A program made the position numbers and the translations under genes. Below, in pieces: positions 61,476 to 64,000 of a DNA stretch of 64,000 nucleotides (the first letter of the stretch is position 1; each line of letters opens with the position of its first letter). The stretch spans positions 17,918,001 through 17,982,000 of the forward strand of contig NC_083224.1 of NCBI RefSeq assembly GCF_032191835.1. The letters run 5' to 3'. Source of the DNA: Heteronotia binoei (Eukaryota). The notes under the pieces were generated by a model that ran no database searches, had not been told where the DNA came from, and saw only the letters and a list, made by a program, of their open reading frames with translations.

Positions 61476-62441
61476 CAGGGATGATCCTTCTGTGTGGGGG
61501 TTCCCCTTCTACAAGATCCCTGGCATCTCCAAAAAAGGGTCCAGGCAAATAGGTGTGAAAAACCTCAGCTTGAGACCCTGGAGAGCCACTGCCAGTCTGA
61601 GAAGACAATACTGACTTTGATGGACCAAAGGTCTGATTCAGTATAAGGCAGCTTCATATGTTCAAGCTCCGGAGGTGGGGTCAGGAGCAAGGCTGCCTCT
61701 AAGCTGCAGAGTCTTGTGAGCAACATTTTTACTTTGTGAGCCGCTGGCATGAAAGTTGGGAGCTGTTGCATACATCATAGAATCATAGAGCGGGAAGGGA
61801 CCTCCAGGGTCATCTAGTCCAATCCCCTGCCCAATGCAGGAAACTCACAAACACCTCCTCCTAAATTCACAGGCTCTTCATTGCCTCCGATTGTCCTCTG
61901 GGGCTATCCTTCCCGAGCTAAGGCAAAAATGTGTGAGCTGGAGGCTAAAAATCTGTGAGCTAGCTCAGGCGAACTCAACTTAGAGGGAACACTGGTTAGG
62001 AGCTGCCTGTCGTGTGTGTGTGTGTGTGTGTTTGTGGTCAGGAGGACTGGAGCAATGTTCCCTCTAAGCTGCAGAGTCTTGTGAGCAAAAATTCTACTTT
62101 GTGAGCTGCTGGCTTTTAAGTTGTGAGCGGTGTTCCCTCTCAGCTGAGTTAGCGTGAGCTCGCTCACAGATTTTTAGCCTCCAGCTCACACATTTTTGTC
62201 TTAGCTCAAGAAGAATGACCCCAGAGCACAATAATTTATGCAGTAGCTCACAATTTTAATGCCAGTAGCTCATTTGTGAAATAGGATAAACCTTAGGTGT
62301 CTCTTCCCCAGGGTCAGTGATGTAACTCCATTTTCTTTTCTTTCTGCCTTTCGGATATCTTTCCCTCTGCCTTTCGCAGCCAAGTGAATGAGTGTGTCTT
62401 TCCAGAGTGAGAGGCAGCAACCCAAGAGAAAAGGGAAGGAG

Positions 62442-62864
62442 ATGGAAGAGAAGAAGCCTGAAGGCCCTGGAACTGGCAAGACATCCAGGAAACGTCCCCA
62501 TCCCCTCCAAGCAGGGAGTGGTGCTGAATTCTGGGAAAGAGCCATGCCAGAGAACTTGGTTCAAGACCCTGTGACCGCAGATGTACGCAGCCGACGCTTC
62601 CGGCAGTTCTGTTACCAGGAGGCTGATGGGCCCCGAGAGGTTTGCAGCCGGCTCCATGGACTTTGTAAGGACTGGCTGGAGCCAGAGAGGCGCACCAAGA
62701 AGGAGATGGTGGACCTGGTGATCCTGGAGCAGTTCCTGGCCATCCTGCCGCAGGAAGTGCAGGGCTGGGTGAGAGGATGCGGGCCAGAGAGCAGTTCCCA
62801 GGCAGTGGCCCTGGCCGAAGGTTTCCTCCTGAGTCAGGCAGAGGAGAAGAGGCAGGCACAGCAG
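62442..62864 (+). CDS. Gene 4 SCAN exon (141 codons; an in-frame upstream ATG is at 62388); the rest of the gene lies beyond the window
   Basis: Acceptor cgcag| at 62379/62380. [30 protein letters not shown]...QAVALAEG. Donor cag|gtgagg. Confidence 0.95.
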
Positions 62865-63371
62865 GTGAGGGGCTTTCAGTCACTCCACTCAAGCAATGAG
62901 CTTCTCCTAAGGCTTCCTGCCAGCTATTTCTGTGGGCGTGTTAACTGCCAGGAAGCGCTTCTGACTTATGGAAGTCCTAAGAACATCCTCTCATTAACAG
63001 CTCTGAACAGCACTGCCTTTACACATACTGAGCTCTGCTTCGTGCACCGTCACAAAATTCGGTCTGAGGGCTGTGGCTTTCTTGGCTGAGTCAATCCATC
63101 ACGTGTTTGCTGTTCCTCTTTTTCCTGCTGCCTTCTACTTTTCTTAGCATTACTGTCTTTCCCAGTAACTCTGTCTTCTCATAATGTCACCAGAATATGA
63201 TATGCTCAGTGGAGTTATTTCAGCTTCCAGGGAGAGTTGAGGCTTGATTTGATCTAAAAGCCACTTATTTGTCTTTTTGGTGGCCCATGATATCTCCGCC
63301 AACACCACCAAGAATCAACTTTCTTCCTTTTCCAACTTTCACATTTACACATAGTAATAGGCAATAAAGTA

Positions 63372-63660
63372 AAAAGATAAAGGTAGTCCCCTGTGCAAGC
63401 ACCAGTCGTTTCCGACTCTGGGGATGACGTCACATCAAGACGTTTTCACGGCAGACTTTTTACGGGGTGGTTTGCCATGGCCTTCCCCAGTCATTTACAC
63501 TTCTCCCCCAGCAAGCTGGGTACTCATTTGACCAACCTCAGAAGGATGGAAGGCTGAGTCAACCTCGAGCCGGCTTCCTGAACCAGCTTCTGCTAGGATC
63601 GAACTCAGGTCCTGAACAGAGGGCTCCGGCTGCAGTACTGCAGCTTTACCACTCTGCGCT
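63372..63660 (-). mobile_element. Sauria SINE
   Basis: Full body and tail. Confidence 0.9.
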
Positions 63661-64000
63661 GTTCCTCTTAATAGGCAATACTAAAGCACAAATTACATAA
63701 CTTGACCTTGGTCACCATTGACACATCCTTCCCAGGGCTTTTTCTGAGCAGGAATGCACAGGAACGCAGTTCAAGCTGGCTTGGTGTCAGGGGGTGTGGC
63801 CTAATATGCAAATGAGCCCCTGCTGTGCTTTCGCTACCAGAAAAGCCCTAATCCTTATACTGAAGAATTTTTTCTAGCTCCTTCATGGCTGCCTTTCCTG
63901 GTCTCAGTCTCCTGGTTTCTTCTTTGCAGTCTCCCTTTTGGTTGATGAAGGATCCAAGGAACAGACAAGCTTGAAGAATTTCAATTTTTTTCATAATCAA

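Overview
Eukaryotic vertebrate DNA, almost certainly from a squamate reptile and probably a gecko. The evidence is Sauria-type and Squam3-type SINEs, Bov-B, CR1 and L2 LINEs, and many hAT MITEs. The window is part of a SCAN-KRAB-C2H2 zinc-finger gene cluster (ZKSCAN-like) arranged -> <- <- <- ->. Gene 0 (+) shows only its 3' finger tail (1-642). Gene 1 (-) is a complete six-coding-exon SCAN-KRAB-ZNF of about 1109 aa with about 27 fingers. Gene 2 (-) is its tandem duplicate, with many broken fingers and a frameshifted C-terminus. Gene 3 (-) keeps KRAB and fingers but has no SCAN exon. Gene 4 (+) shows only its first exon and SCAN exon. I built the exon models by hand from GT/AG sites, and the phases are consistent. 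Genes 1 and 2 lie in a tandem segmental duplication of about 19-20 kb (about 6540-25450 and about 26410-44885), with many copy-specific transposon insertions. A canonical tRNA-Val(AAC) gene lies beside the gene 2 promoter. The most notable observations are: a palindromic bidirectional promoter driving genes 3 and 4; independent LINE insertions at nearly the same promoter position in genes 1 and 2; mosaic finger arrays; a hAT transposase fossil in every 3' UTR; an exonised relic of a finger exon; decayed Penelope hammerhead motifs; and two long unexplained hairpins. There is one 180-N assembly gap. No database searches were run, so repeat family names come from recognition of motifs.
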